Positions 1 to 9,501 of a stretch of 64,000 bases of DNA are shown one piece after another. The stretch comes from Alphaproteobacteria bacterium (lineage in GTDB: Bacteria > Pseudomonadota > Alphaproteobacteria > Rhizobiales > CAJQND01). The first letter of the stretch is position 1, and each line of letters opens with the position of its first letter. The notes under the pieces were generated by a model. That model was not told the DNA's origin. It worked only from the letters and a program-made list of their open reading frames with translations, and did no database searches. The stretch is from assembly GCA_024227565.1 (NCBI GenBank), contig JAAEUE010000303.1, forward strand, positions 5,292 to 69,291, read 5' to 3'. Made by a program: the position numbers and the translations under genes.

Positions 1-314
1 TGCTGGTCCTTCCAGTTGGCGAACGGATGGGTTGAGGCGGCAATCGGCGCCAGGCCGAACCTGCCGGCCACATCGGCAATCGACGAGCGCAGCATGGTCA
101 GTTCAGACCGCGCCTCAGCGAGGGTTTTGCACACCCGGGTGCCCACCTCGATTTGGCATTGCAGGAATTCCGGCGAGACCTGATCTTCCAGCGCGTCGGA
201 GCAGGCCTCCATCAGGCCCTCGGGCGTTTCGCGCACCAGATCGCGGGTTTCCTTGTTGACCAGAAGGTACTCTTCCTCGATGCCGAGGGTGAATGATGGT
301 TCGCTATAGGCCAT
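1..314 (-). CDS. carboxylate-amine ligase, YbdK / glutamate-cysteine ligase family 2 (N-terminal part only; gene runs off the window start)
   Basis: Absent from the ORF track because it has no stop in the window. Reverse translation from ATG (complement of 312-314) gives [27 protein letters not shown]...[13 protein letters not shown]..., a typical GCS2 N-terminus. Confidence 0.7.
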   Translation of the reverse strand, partial: MAYSEPSFTLGIEEEYLLVNKETRDLVRETPEGLMEACSDALEDQVSPEFLQCQIEVGTRVCKTLAEARSELTMLRSSIADVAGRFGLAPIAASTHPFANWKDQ

Positions 315-652
315 GATGGTTGAGGCCTCCCGCTCTTGTGATTGTGTCTGCACCAGAGTGTGCAACGCTCCGCTCACGGACGCAAGGCGGTGGACACGTG
401 GTTTAACGGTCTGCTATGGCCCGATCGATAGCGTGTGCCCAACTCGTTAGGTGGCACATGGATGACTACATTGATCGCCTGAAAAGCGGCGACGCGGAAA
501 GCCTGCTTCTTGCTTTTGCCGTTTACTCTCGCCTGGTGGGCGCGGACGGGAGAGTGGCCTCGCCGCCACAAAGAGACAAACATTGAAAGATGATGCATAA
601 GGCAAGTGCTGGCACGCACCGTCCGTTAAACCTCTGAGGCACCCGCGTCTTC

Positions 653-1113
653 ATGTCGGAAACAGCCATAGTCATTCTTGCCATCGCCGGATTTGCGATT
701 GTGTTTCCGCTGTTTTGGATGGCGATCGTCTATCTCATCTCGCGGATCGGTGGCTGGTCTGATCTGGCGAAGCGGTTCGGGTCCGACGATCCACCGCAAG
801 GCGAGCTGTTCACCTGGTGCAGCGCCCGCCTCAGGATGCTGTGCAACTACAGCAACTGCCTGCGGGTGACAGTGTCCGATACAGGCATTCATCTGCGCAC
901 CCCGGTGTTTTTCAAGTTGGGCCACCGTCCCCTCTTCATTTCATTCCGTGGACGGCGGTTCGCGATCTCAGAGTTCGCCACTTCTGGCGCTATTCATCCG
1001 CAAGGCTCACCGTGGAAGACCAATCAGGGACCTGGTCGGCCTCCATCGTGCTCTACGGCTGGGGACTGGCCGACCGCCTGGAGCAAGAGTTCAACCGGTC
1101 ACGAACAGCTTGA
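653..1113 (+). pseudogene. small membrane protein of unknown function, frameshifted by a 5-bp tandem duplication at 936-945
   Basis: The frame starting at 653 encodes a TM segment (MSETAIVILAIAGFAIVFPLFWMAIVYLISRIGGW...) up to ...GHRPLFI. The sensible continuation PWTAVRDLRVRHFWRYSSARLTVEDQSG...EQEFNRSRTA* (stop at 1113) lies in the frame of ORF 817..1113. Deleting one TCATT copy joins the two frames. Confidence 0.55.
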
Positions 1114-1186
1114 GCCGGTCGCGCTCTTGCAAACACCCGTGCTGCTAGGGCAGTTTTGGTGCACGCGGCGATTAGGGAAAACCGGC

Positions 1187-2343
1187 ATGGCACGCATCGT
1201 TCTGCTTTTTATGGCCCTGTGGACCCTGCTTGGCTTTGCCTCGGGTCTCGCCCTGGCGGACGATCCCAATGTTTCGCCTGTAGCCCGCAATGATGGCTGG
1301 GAAGTTGCTGCCGCCCCCGAGCATGCCCGCGCCGGGTTGGCGGCTCTTGCCCGTGATCTCAAGAACGACGTGCTCGCCAATATCCATGCGGTTGTTGTGG
1401 AGCAGGACGGCAAGCTGATTTACGAACAATACCTGAGCGCCCCGGATGAACGGTGGGGACGCCCCTTGGGCGAGACCACCTACAACGCGGGCAAGGAGCA
1501 CGATCTTAGATCCATCTCAAAATCTGTCACAAGCCTGCTGCTCGGCATTGCGCTGAAGGACCGGTTTGCTGAACACCTGAAGCGGCCGGTGTTGGAGTTC
1601 TTTTCCGATTGGCCCGGCACGCCCGACCCCAAGATGCGCGGCGTCACCCTTGAGCATGTGCTCACAATGACGGCGGGGCTTGAATGGAACGAAATGGATG
1701 TGCCGTACTCGCGCAGCCACAATGACGAGATCATGATCTACTACAACACCAACCCGTTCGCCCACGTGCTGTCCCGCCCCATGCGCGAGGCGCCCGGAGA
1801 GCGCTGGTACTACAATGGCGGTCTCACCATGCTGATTGCCGGTGCGGTGGCAAAGATCACCGGGGAACCCTTCACGAAGTTTGCACGCCGGGTGCTGTTT
1901 GAGCCGCTCGGCATTCACAACAGCCGCTGGTTGGGCCCAGGGCGCTGGCCGGACGGCATGCCAAGCGCTGCGTCCGGATTGCGGCTCACAACCCGCGACC
2001 TTGCCCGCATCGGCTCGCTGGTGCTGCACAACGGGCGCTGGCAGGGCAAGCAGATCGTGCCGGCAGAATGGATCCACCTGTCCTCACGCCGCCTGCGCGA
2101 AGACCTGGGCGCTTGGGGCGACAACGAACCTATGGTTATGGCTTTCAATGGTGGCACGGCCGTTTCGCCTCCAAGAAGGGCGAGATTGAAGCGGTCACCG
2201 GCGTCGGACACGGTGGTCAGCGCCTTTTCGTCATTCCCAAGGACCGTTTGGCGGTGACCGTTTTTGCAGGCAATTACCGCAGCAAGGACTGGACGATTTC
2301 CGAACGCACCATGAAGCGCATTGTGGAAGCCATCCGTAAATAG
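1187..2343 (+). pseudogene. beta-lactamase-family serine hydrolase with signal peptide, disrupted by a 1-nt frameshift near 2126-2128
   Basis: MARIVLLFMALWTLLGFASGLALA signal peptide and an SxxK motif (SISK). The N-terminal 313 codons lie in the frame of ORF 653..2257. The conserved C-terminus TYGYGFQWWHG...GVGHGGQRLFVIPKDRLAVTVFAGN lies in the frame of ORF 2068..2343. Confidence 0.65.
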
Positions 2344-2384
2344 CCGCCCCCCATGTGTCGTGGCCGAATGCTGATGATGAGCCT

Positions 2385-3980
2385 CTAGGCCGTCGCCCCG
2401 TCGCGGATCAGCTTCCAGTTGATGGAATCGATCAAGGCCTGGAACGAGGCATCCACAATGTTGCCGGACACCCCAACCGTGAACCAACGGTTCCCGTCCC
2501 CGTCGCAACTTTCCACCAGCACCCGGGTGGTGGCCTCGGTGCCGCCGTCCAGAATGCGCACCTTGTAGTCCACTAGCTCCAGGTCTTCCAGAAACTCCGA
2601 ATAGCGGCCCAAATCCTTGCGCAGAGCATTGTCGAGCGCGTTCACCGGGCCATTGCCCTCACCCACCGACATCATGCGCTCGCCGTCCACCGTGATCTTC
2701 ACTGTGGCCTCGGACATGGTGACCAACTCACCGTTGGCATTGTGGCGGCGCTCCACCATCACGCGGAAACTGTCCACGTCAAAATAGTTCGGCACGCCTC
2801 CAAGAATACGCCGCGCCAGCATGGCAAACGAGGCATCGGCCGCATCATAGGCATAGCCTTGGGCTTCGCGTTCTTTGACCTCGCGCAGGAGGGCATCGAC
2901 CCGGGTGTCGGATTTGTCCACCTCTATGCCGATGCGCTCCAGCTCTGAAAACAGATTGGACTTGCCCGCCTGGTCAGACACCAGCACCTTGCGCTGGTTC
3001 CCCACCACCGCAGGCGCAATGTGTTCGTAGGTTTCCGGCGCCTTCAAAATTGCAGAAGCGTGGATGCCCGCCTTGGTGGCAAAGGCGCTTTCGCCCACAT
3101 AGGGCGCCTGGCGGTCCGGCGCCCGGTTGAGCAGCTCGTCAAAGGCGCGCGACACATGGGTGAGGTCTTTCACCTGGGCCTTACTCAGGCCAATCTCGTA
3201 GTGCTCGGAAAAACTGTCTTTAAGCGCCAGTGTGGGGATGATGGACACCAAATTGGCATTGCCGCAGCGCTCGCCGATGCCGTTGAGGGTCCCTTGAATC
3301 TGGCGCACGCCGGCCTTCACCGCCATCAGAGAGTTGGCCACCGCGTTGCCGGTGTCATCGTGGGCATGAATGCCCAGATGGTCGCCCGGAACCACCTTGG
3401 CCACATCTTGCACGATCTCACCAATCTCACCCGGCAAGGTGCCGCCATTGGTGTCACACAACACCACCCAGCGGGCGCCGGCTTCAAAGGCTTGCTTGGC
3501 GCACGCCAAGGCATACTCCCGGTTCGACTTGAAGCCGTCAAAAAAGTGCTCGCAGTCCACCAGCGCCTCTTTGCCGGCATCGCGGGCCGCCACAACGGAA
3601 TCGCGAATGGATTCCAAGTTTTCCTCGTTGCTGCACCCAAGGGCCACACGCACGTGATAGTCCGACGCCTTGGCCACGTAACAGATCGCCTCGGCCTCGG
3701 CGCGCAGGATCTCCTGGAGACCTGGATCATTGGAGACCGAGCGCCCTGCCCGCTTGGTCATGCCGAATGCCGTGAAGGTGGCCTTTTTGGTGCGGTTTTT
3801 CTCGAAGAACTCGGTGTCGGTGGGATTGGCGCCGGGATATCCGCCTTCCACATAATCCAGCCCCAACTCATCCAGAAGTCCGGCAATGTGGCGTTTTTCC
3901 TCTAGGGAGAAATCCACGCCCGGGGTTTGCGCCCCGTCTCTCAAGGTGGTGTCGAACAGATAGATGCGCTCGCGGCTCAT
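2385..3980 (-). CDS. cimA: citramalate synthase (2-isopropylmalate synthase family)
   Basis: 531 aa. [25 protein letters not shown]-terminus, [13 protein letters not shown] metal site, and a LeuA-type C-terminal dimerisation region. Confidence 0.8.
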   Translation of the reverse strand: MSRERIYLFDTTLRDGAQTPGVDFSLEEKRHIAGLLDELGLDYVEGGYPGANPTDTEFFEKNRTKKATFTAFGMTKRAGRSVSNDPGLQEILRAEAEAICYVAKASDYHVRVALGCSNEENLESIRDSVVAARDAGKEALVDCEHFFDGFKSNREYALACAKQAFEAGARWVVLCDTNGGTLPGEIGEIVQDVAKVVPGDHLGIHAHDDTGNAVANSLMAVKAGVRQIQGTLNGIGERCGNANLVSIIPTLALKDSFSEHYEIGLSKAQVKDLTHVSRAFDELLNRAPDRQAPYVGESAFATKAGIHASAILKAPETYEHIAPAVVGNQRKVLVSDQAGKSNLFSELERIGIEVDKSDTRVDALLREVKEREAQGYAYDAADASFAMLARRILGGVPNYFDVDSFRVMVERRHNANGELVTMSEATVKITVDGERMMSVGEGNGPVNALDNALRKDLGRYSEFLEDLELVDYKVRILDGGTEATTRVLVESCDGDGNRWFTVGVSGNIVDASFQALIDSINWKLIRDGATA

Positions 3981-5317
3981 CGCACCAGCTCCCAGGTTGT
4001 GCCTTCGGGCCCGTCCTTAAGGGCGATGCCTTGTGCGGCCAATTCATCGCGAATACGGTCGGCCTCGGCAAAATCCTTCGCCGCCCTGGCCGCAAGGCGC
4101 TGGTCGATCCGCTGTTGGATGGCCGCCTCGTCAACACCGCTTGCGCGCGGGTCGGTGAGGTCGCCGGCAAAGCCCAACGCCCTGAGGCTCGACACCAGGG
4201 CCGGCCGGTCATCTGAATGGGCAAGCTGATGCAGTGCCGTCATCACGGCGGGCGTGTTCATGTCGTCGCTCAGCGCTTCAAGAACAGGCGGCGCAAAGCT
4301 CTTTTCGGCTTTGGAGAAATCCTCTCCGCCATAAAACCCCGCCAGGGTCTTGGCGCTTTCCTCCAGTCCTTTCACGGTCCAGTCGATGGGCTGGCGGTAG
4401 TGGCTGCGCAGCATGTTGTAGCGCAGCACCTCGCCGGGCCAGTCGGCCAATAGCTCGTTGATCGTGACGAAGTTGCCCAGGCTTTTGGACATCTTGTCGC
4501 CTTCCACCTGCAGGAAGCCGTTGTGCATCCACACATTGGCCATCACGTCGGTGTCGTGGGCGCAGCGCGACTGGGCCAGCTCATTCTCGTGGTGCGGGAA
4601 TGTCAGGTCGATGCCGCCGCCATGAATGTCGAAAACCTCGCCCAGATGCTCCTTGGCCATGGCCGAGCACTCTATGTGCCATCCCGGCCGGCCCCGGCCC
4701 CAAGGCGAGGGCCATCCTGGCAGGCTGTCGTCAGACGGCTTCCACATCACACTGTCGGAGGGATTGCGTTTATAGGGGGCCACTTCAACCCGCGCCCCGG
4801 CAATCATCTCATCCAGAGAACGCCCGGAAAGACTGCCGTAGTCTGGAACGCTTGCAGTATCCAGCAGCACATGGCCTTCGGCCTCATAGGCGTTGCCCTT
4901 GGCGATCAGCACCTTGATCATCTCCACCATCTGCGGAATGTGACTGGTGCAGGTAGGCTCCACATCCGGCGGCAGAACGCCTAGTGCGGCAATGTCCTCG
5001 TGGAACTGCTTGGTGGTCTTCGCTGTAACCTCGGCCACCGCAGCGTTCAGTTCAAGGTCTGGATACTCCTCTGCGGCCCGCGCATTGATCTTGTCGTCCA
5101 CGTCCGTGATGTTGCGCACATATTTGACGTGCCCGACACCGTAGATGTGCCGCAACAACCGGTACAGCACATCGAACACGATCACCGGTCGGGCATTGCC
5201 GATATGGGCAAAATCATAGACCGTTGGCCCGCAGGCATACATGCGCACGTTGTTCGCATCGATCGGCACAAACGGCGCTTTTTTGCGCGTTAGGGTGTTG
5301 TAGAGCTTCAGTTCCAT
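3977..5317 (-). CDS. cysS: cysteine--tRNA ligase
   Basis: 446 aa. [32 protein letters not shown] (HIGH-type) and KMSKSLGN (KMSKS). Its stop overlaps the cimA start by 4 bp. Confidence 0.95.
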   Translation of the reverse strand: MELKLYNTLTRKKAPFVPIDANNVRMYACGPTVYDFAHIGNARPVIVFDVLYRLLRHIYGVGHVKYVRNITDVDDKINARAAEEYPDLELNAAVAEVTAKTTKQFHEDIAALGVLPPDVEPTCTSHIPQMVEMIKVLIAKGNAYEAEGHVLLDTASVPDYGSLSGRSLDEMIAGARVEVAPYKRNPSDSVMWKPSDDSLPGWPSPWGRGRPGWHIECSAMAKEHLGEVFDIHGGGIDLTFPHHENELAQSRCAHDTDVMANVWMHNGFLQVEGDKMSKSLGNFVTINELLADWPGEVLRYNMLRSHYRQPIDWTVKGLEESAKTLAGFYGGEDFSKAEKSFAPPVLEALSDDMNTPAVMTALHQLAHSDDRPALVSSLRALGFAGDLTDPRASGVDEAAIQQRIDQRLAARAAKDFAEADRIRDELAAQGIALKDGPEGTTWELVR

Positions 5318-5508
5318 CTGATCTGTTCCAAATCTATCCCGCCTTCAACGGGCCATTCCTGCCGCTGGCTGGTTCGTTCAATCGGAAATTTGAAAATAGA
5401 ACGGCCTGGCCAGCGTGTGAGCGCTAGCTGATAATAATGCCGCAGCAAGTGTTGCGGTTCGGTGTAACCGGGGCCGTTTTCATGGGTGAGGTCTTACGCC
5501 TCCAGAAT

Positions 5509-5527
5509 GCGGGGCGTCAAGCCCCGC
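5509..5527 (-). terminator. GC-rich hairpin 13 nt downstream of the DAHP synthase stop
   Basis: GCGGGGC-GTCAA-GCCCCGC, a perfect 7-bp stem. The flanking T tract is weak on both strands. Confidence 0.35.
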
Positions 5528-5539
5528 TTCTGAAGGGGT

Positions 5540-6928
5540 CTATTCTGCTGCATCCACCTGCCAGTCAGGGGTGTCGTCCCGGCGCGCCTTCTTCAGCTCT
5601 TCGGCCACCAGAAACGCCAATTCAAGCGACTGACTGGCGTTCAACCGCGGATCACAGTGGGTGTGGTAGCGGTCTGACAGATCTTCCTCAGACACTTCCC
5701 GCGCCCCGCCGATGCACTCGGTCACATTGGCGCCTGTCATCTCCACGTGGATACCGCCAGGGTGCGTGCCTTCGGCCTGGTGCACCGCCATGAAGCGTTT
5801 CACCTCATCCAGAACCCGGTCGAAGGGCCGGGTCTTGTAGCCGCTGGAGGCCTTTACGGTGTTGCCGTGCATGGGATCGCACGACCAGACAACCGACTTG
5901 CCTTCCCGCTCCACCGCACGGATGAGCGCAGGCAGATATTGCTCCACCTTGTCGTTGCCGAACCGGGCAATCAGCGTAATGCGGCCTGGTTCATTGTCCG
6001 GGCTCAGTGTGTCGATCAATCTGAGCATCTCATCAGGGTCAATTGATGGCCCACACTTCATACCGAGGGGATTTTGGATGCCCCGGCAAAATTCCACATG
6101 GGCGTGGTCAGGCTGACGCGTGCGGTCGCCAATCCACACCATGTGGCCGGAGGTGGCGTACCAGTCGCCGGAGGTGGAATCCACCCGTGTCAGCGCCTGC
6201 TCATAACCCAGCAGCAACGCCTCATGGGAGGTGAAGAAATCGGTCTGGCGAAGTTGAGGCACCGTGTCTGCGTTGATGCCGCAGGCCCTCATGAAGTCCA
6301 TGGTTTCGGTGATATGATCAGCCAATTCCTGGTACTTTTCATATTGCGGCGTGTCGGCCAGAAAGCCCAGGGTCCAGCGGTGCACATGCTCCAGGTTGGC
6401 ATAACCGCCTTGCGCGAACGCCCGGATCAGGTTGAGTGTTGCCGCAGACTGGCGGTAGGCCAAGAGCTGGCGCTCAGGGTCCGGTTTGCGCGAGTTTGAG
6501 TTGAACTCGATATCGTTGATGATATCGCCGCGATAGCTCGGCAGCTCCACATTGTCCACGGTTTCCATGTCAGACGAGCGCGGCTTGGCGAACTGGCCGG
6601 CAATGCGCCCGACCTTCACCACCGGCGAGGAGGCCGCATAGGTGAGCACCACCGACATCTGCAGGAACAGGCGGAAGGTGTCGCGAATGTTGTCGGCAGA
6701 GTGTTCTGCAAAGCTCTCCGCGCAGTCCCCTCCTTGCAGGAGGAAGCCTTTTCCGGCGGCAACTTTGGCGAGTTTGCGTTTCAGCTTGCGAGCTTCACCT
6801 GCAAATACAAGAGGGGGAAACGACGCCAGCTCAGCCTCAACTGCAGTCAGTTTGTCTTGATCTTCGTAAGCCGGCATTTGCACACCTGGCTTGCCGCGCC
6901 AACTCTCAGGAGACCATTGCTGGGCCAT
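5540..6928 (-). CDS. 3-deoxy-7-phosphoheptulonate (DAHP) synthase, class II
   Basis: [27 protein letters not shown]... is a typical class II DAHPS N-terminus. Length is about 462 aa from the internal Met. The track ORF starts 7 codons earlier, at 6949. Confidence 0.9.
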   Translation of the reverse strand: MAQQWSPESWRGKPGVQMPAYEDQDKLTAVEAELASFPPLVFAGEARKLKRKLAKVAAGKGFLLQGGDCAESFAEHSADNIRDTFRLFLQMSVVLTYAASSPVVKVGRIAGQFAKPRSSDMETVDNVELPSYRGDIINDIEFNSNSRKPDPERQLLAYRQSAATLNLIRAFAQGGYANLEHVHRWTLGFLADTPQYEKYQELADHITETMDFMRACGINADTVPQLRQTDFFTSHEALLLGYEQALTRVDSTSGDWYATSGHMVWIGDRTRQPDHAHVEFCRGIQNPLGMKCGPSIDPDEMLRLIDTLSPDNEPGRITLIARFGNDKVEQYLPALIRAVEREGKSVVWSCDPMHGNTVKASSGYKTRPFDRVLDEVKRFMAVHQAEGTHPGGIHVEMTGANVTECIGGAREVSEEDLSDRYHTHCDPRLNASQSLELAFLVAEELKKARRDDTPDWQVDAAE

Positions 6929-7201
6929 TTTCTCGAACCTTTCACTCAACTACGATTTCACACCGTTCCGGTCCCGCACTATAGCGCATATTCAAGCTTT
7001 AGGCACGTTTGGAAGGGTGCAGATTGGGGCAGGCTTATAGCTCGCCCCGCGGGCCTTGGCCAGCACCTTGGCTCATCGTCTGCATTAAGTATTCTCTAAC
7101 CACAAAACCAACTAAACCCGTCAACACCATAATCTAGGGCCTCTAATGGTTTATACTTAGTATCAAAATTACTGGATTTATGTTTCAGGTTGAGGATCAT
7201 T

Positions 7202-7483
7202 ATGACTTGGATTATCGATACAGTTGGTTGGGCCTATCATGACGTGATATACCCATATCTGAACATTAGCTTCATGACGGGATGGCTTTTAGGCGGTAAA
7301 ATACCGCTTATTGTTTCTATACTTGTCATGAACTCGCTATTCCTGATGAACCGCCTGTTTAACAGCGCAGGCGCAGGCAACAGCGATTGGAACTCTGCTC
7401 CGTCCTTGGTGTTTCAGGGCGGGCTCATTGCCGGCAACATCGTGATCATCGCGGTCGATGCGGCAGCGCGCGGTTGGCTCTAG
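7202..7483 (+). CDS. hypothetical small membrane protein in an AT-rich patch
   Basis: MTWIIDTVGWAYHDVIYPYLNISFMTGWLLGGKIPLIVSILVMNSLFLM... has 2-3 hydrophobic segments. GAGGA lies 5 nt upstream of the ATG at 7202. I recognise no family. Confidence 0.4.
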   Translation: MTWIIDTVGWAYHDVIYPYLNISFMTGWLLGGKIPLIVSILVMNSLFLMNRLFNSAGAGNSDWNSAPSLVFQGGLIAGNIVIIAVDAAARGWL

Positions 7484-7530
7484 GAATGACCGGTTCAACG
7501 ACTGGGTCCGTTCTGCTCCTGCGGTGCGCA

Positions 7531-8352
7531 CTACCAGTTGCAGGATCCTCGCACAGGCTGGATTGCATTGCTTAGGCCTTGAATTGCAAACCCTGCCTTT
7601 ACGGGGCGGGTAAAGTAAGGCGCGCCTTCCACGGTGAGCTTTGAACCATCAAGCAACGTTTTGATGACGGGAATGGCCTCCTCGCCGCTCCACAGGCCAA
7701 CCGATTTGAAATCGCTCGATATCGAAAACAGATAATCTTCCGCCGGACGCTCATCCACGGAAAACCGCACTCGCGCCGTATCCAGCGCGGAAGCAACAAT
7801 GTTTCCGCCAAATTTCAGCTGCAGAGACGTCGTGTTGTCCTTGCAGACGATCTCAAGGCTAAGCCTCGATTTCCGCCCCACGATATTGCGATGCATCTGT
7901 TGGGAACTCGAAACCACCAGCTTGGCATTGTCCTCATCACGGATCCCCCAGCTTGGCTTAACCTGCTTGGGTGGTTTGAGGTTTTGCTGCGGTTTGGGCT
8001 TCATCTGCGGCTGGGGTTGGTCGCGATCTTGAAACTTCGTGGACTTGTTGATGGAATTGGTGACCAGATCAGTCTTGAGCACTTCCTGGTTTGCAGCGGC
8101 AATCGGCGGTTGCGCCTGAGGCGGGGCAGCCATCGCCGGAAGTTGCGTCTTCGGCGGCGCAACGGGTTTCAGGTCCATCTTGGTCTCAACCGGGGCCACC
8201 AGGTTGCCGCGGAACAGCCTGTCGTAGCAATCAAGCCTTTGAAGGCTCGATTGCATCTGAACACAAGCGGCCACGTTCTGCCCCTGGGCCGGCACGGCGT
8301 TAAGCGCGACACATATGACCGCACCTGATATGCCCAGTGGAGTTTGCATCAA
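7531..8352 (-). CDS. secreted protein resembling the VasI / VC_A0118 T6SS-associated family
   Basis: Signal peptide, an N-terminal C..LQRLDCYDRLF motif and a Pro/Gln-rich linker. The C-terminal domain runs ...LSLEIVCKDNTTSLQLKFGG...GLWSGEEAIPVIKTLLDGSKLTV...AIQPVRGSCNW. The family call is from memory. Confidence 0.45.
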   Translation of the reverse strand: MMQTPLGISGAVICVALNAVPAQGQNVAACVQMQSSLQRLDCYDRLFRGNLVAPVETKMDLKPVAPPKTQLPAMAAPPQAQPPIAAANQEVLKTDLVTNSINKSTKFQDRDQPQPQMKPKPQQNLKPPKQVKPSWGIRDEDNAKLVVSSSQQMHRNIVGRKSRLSLEIVCKDNTTSLQLKFGGNIVASALDTARVRFSVDERPAEDYLFSISSDFKSVGLWSGEEAIPVIKTLLDGSKLTVEGAPYFTRPVKAGFAIQGLSNAIQPVRGSCNW

Positions 8353-8458
8353 ACGATATTCCGGTTCCGCTTTTTAAGGGCCATCACCAGAGCTCCTGTC
8401 CGCGTGGTGTCCATGGCCGCATCGTTCAACATATGTAATGGTCTAATGGAGACAATCT

Positions 8459-9013
8459 TTAGGCCAATCTTGCTTCGATGGTCGTCAATATGTCCTCCGG
8501 CCTGTTCACCACATCCATGTGCACCTCAAGATTGGCTCTTATGAATTCCTGCGAGCGCATATGGTTGAGCAGATCAAGCAATGGGTCCCAAAAACCTGCA
8601 ACATTTGCCAGGATGATGGGCTTGGTATGCCGTCCCAACTGGCGCCATGTGCTCATTTCGATGAGCTCTTCCAGGGTCCCGACCCCGCCCGGCAGGGCAA
8701 CGAATGCGTCGGAGCGCTCGAACATCGCCATTTTTCGTTCATGCATGTTTTCTGTGATGATGACGTCTTGCACGTCTTCAAGCATCATTTCCCGTTTGAC
8801 CAAAAAGTCTGGAATAATGCCTGTGACGTAGCCGCCATGATCAAGCACCGCCTTTGCGGTGATCCCCATCAGGCCCAAGCTGCCGCCGCCATAGACCAGG
8901 CCCACATCCCCCTCAGCAAGCAGCCGCCCAAGCGTGTGGGCCGCGCTGGCATATATCGGATCGATCCCGGGACCTGAACCGCAATAGACACAAATGTTGC
9001 GAGATTTGCTCAT
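8459..9013 (-). CDS. LOG family protein (cytokinin riboside 5'-monophosphate phosphoribohydrolase-like, TIGR00730)
   Basis: 184 aa. CVYCGS, GLVYGGGSLGLMG and PGGVGTLEE motifs. Confidence 0.85.
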   Translation of the reverse strand: MSKSRNICVYCGSGPGIDPIYASAAHTLGRLLAEGDVGLVYGGGSLGLMGITAKAVLDHGGYVTGIIPDFLVKREMMLEDVQDVIITENMHERKMAMFERSDAFVALPGGVGTLEELIEMSTWRQLGRHTKPIILANVAGFWDPLLDLLNHMRSQEFIRANLEVHMDVVNRPEDILTTIEARLA

Positions 9014-9056
9014 GAAGTGACCAGATAGCCAGCGGCGATTCAGGTCAAGATGAAAC

Positions 9057-9084
9057 GGGCCGATTCGGTATTACCGACCGGCCC
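9057..9084 (-). terminator. imperfect hairpin downstream of the small secreted-protein gene
   Basis: GGGCCGATTCGGT-ATT-ACCGACCGGCCC. On the minus strand it is followed by GTTTCATCTTG. Confidence 0.4.
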
Positions 9085-9110
9085 GAAATTTCAGCGATTT
9101 GCGCCTAGCT

Positions 9111-9386
9111 TCAGTTTTTCTTCTTTGTCAGCGCTTGTTGCGCGCAGACCACGCTGCCGCCGCCTGGGATCATGCAAGCCGGCGAGAAGAAGAAGAACGG
9201 TGAGTTCGACTGCGGCTTCTGACGCCGTCTAACCACCCGTTTTCCGGGCTTTTGCGGCTTGTTGAAGTTGTAAACCGTCGCCGCTTGTGCGCCGGAAACC
9301 GGCAGCGCCGGGGTAAGAGCAAGAGCCAGCCCAAAGGCACCTGCCATGCCAATCGCTGCCCCGCATCCGAGTTTACGCAATGTCAT
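9111..9386 (-). CDS. small secreted basic protein, unknown function
   Basis: Start MTLRKLGCGAAIGMAGAFGLALALTPALPVSGAQA (signal peptide) is preceded by AAGAGGAGA. The mature part is Lys/Arg-rich with an FFFF run and two Cys. Confidence 0.5.
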   Translation of the reverse strand: MTLRKLGCGAAIGMAGAFGLALALTPALPVSGAQAATVYNFNKPQKPGKRVVRRRQKPQSNSPFFFFSPACMIPGGGSVVCAQQALTKKKN

Positions 9387-9501
9387 TGTTGTCTCCTCTT
9401 CTTTCTCTGCCGAATATCGGCCCCAACCATCAATGACACATTCAAGCATGCCAGGCGGCAACCACAAAATGGTTTATCCAAACAAGCATCACAGCTCCGG
9501 G

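Noticed and set aside
400-632. 10-bp inverted repeat (GGTTTAACGG at 400-409, CCGTTAAACC at 623-632) flanking a 45-codon ORF (458-595)
   Set aside because: The match does not extend beyond 10 bp and could arise by chance in a 340-bp region. The ORF has only a marginal RBS (3-nt spacing) and no recognisable family. A check by conservation is worthwhile, but I will not call it a feature.
653-2257. 534-aa ORF in the track that looks like one large protein
   Set aside because: It is a read-through artefact. It joins a frameshifted small membrane-protein gene, an intergenic stretch and the N-terminal part of a separate beta-lactamase-family gene that has its own ATG (1187) and signal peptide.
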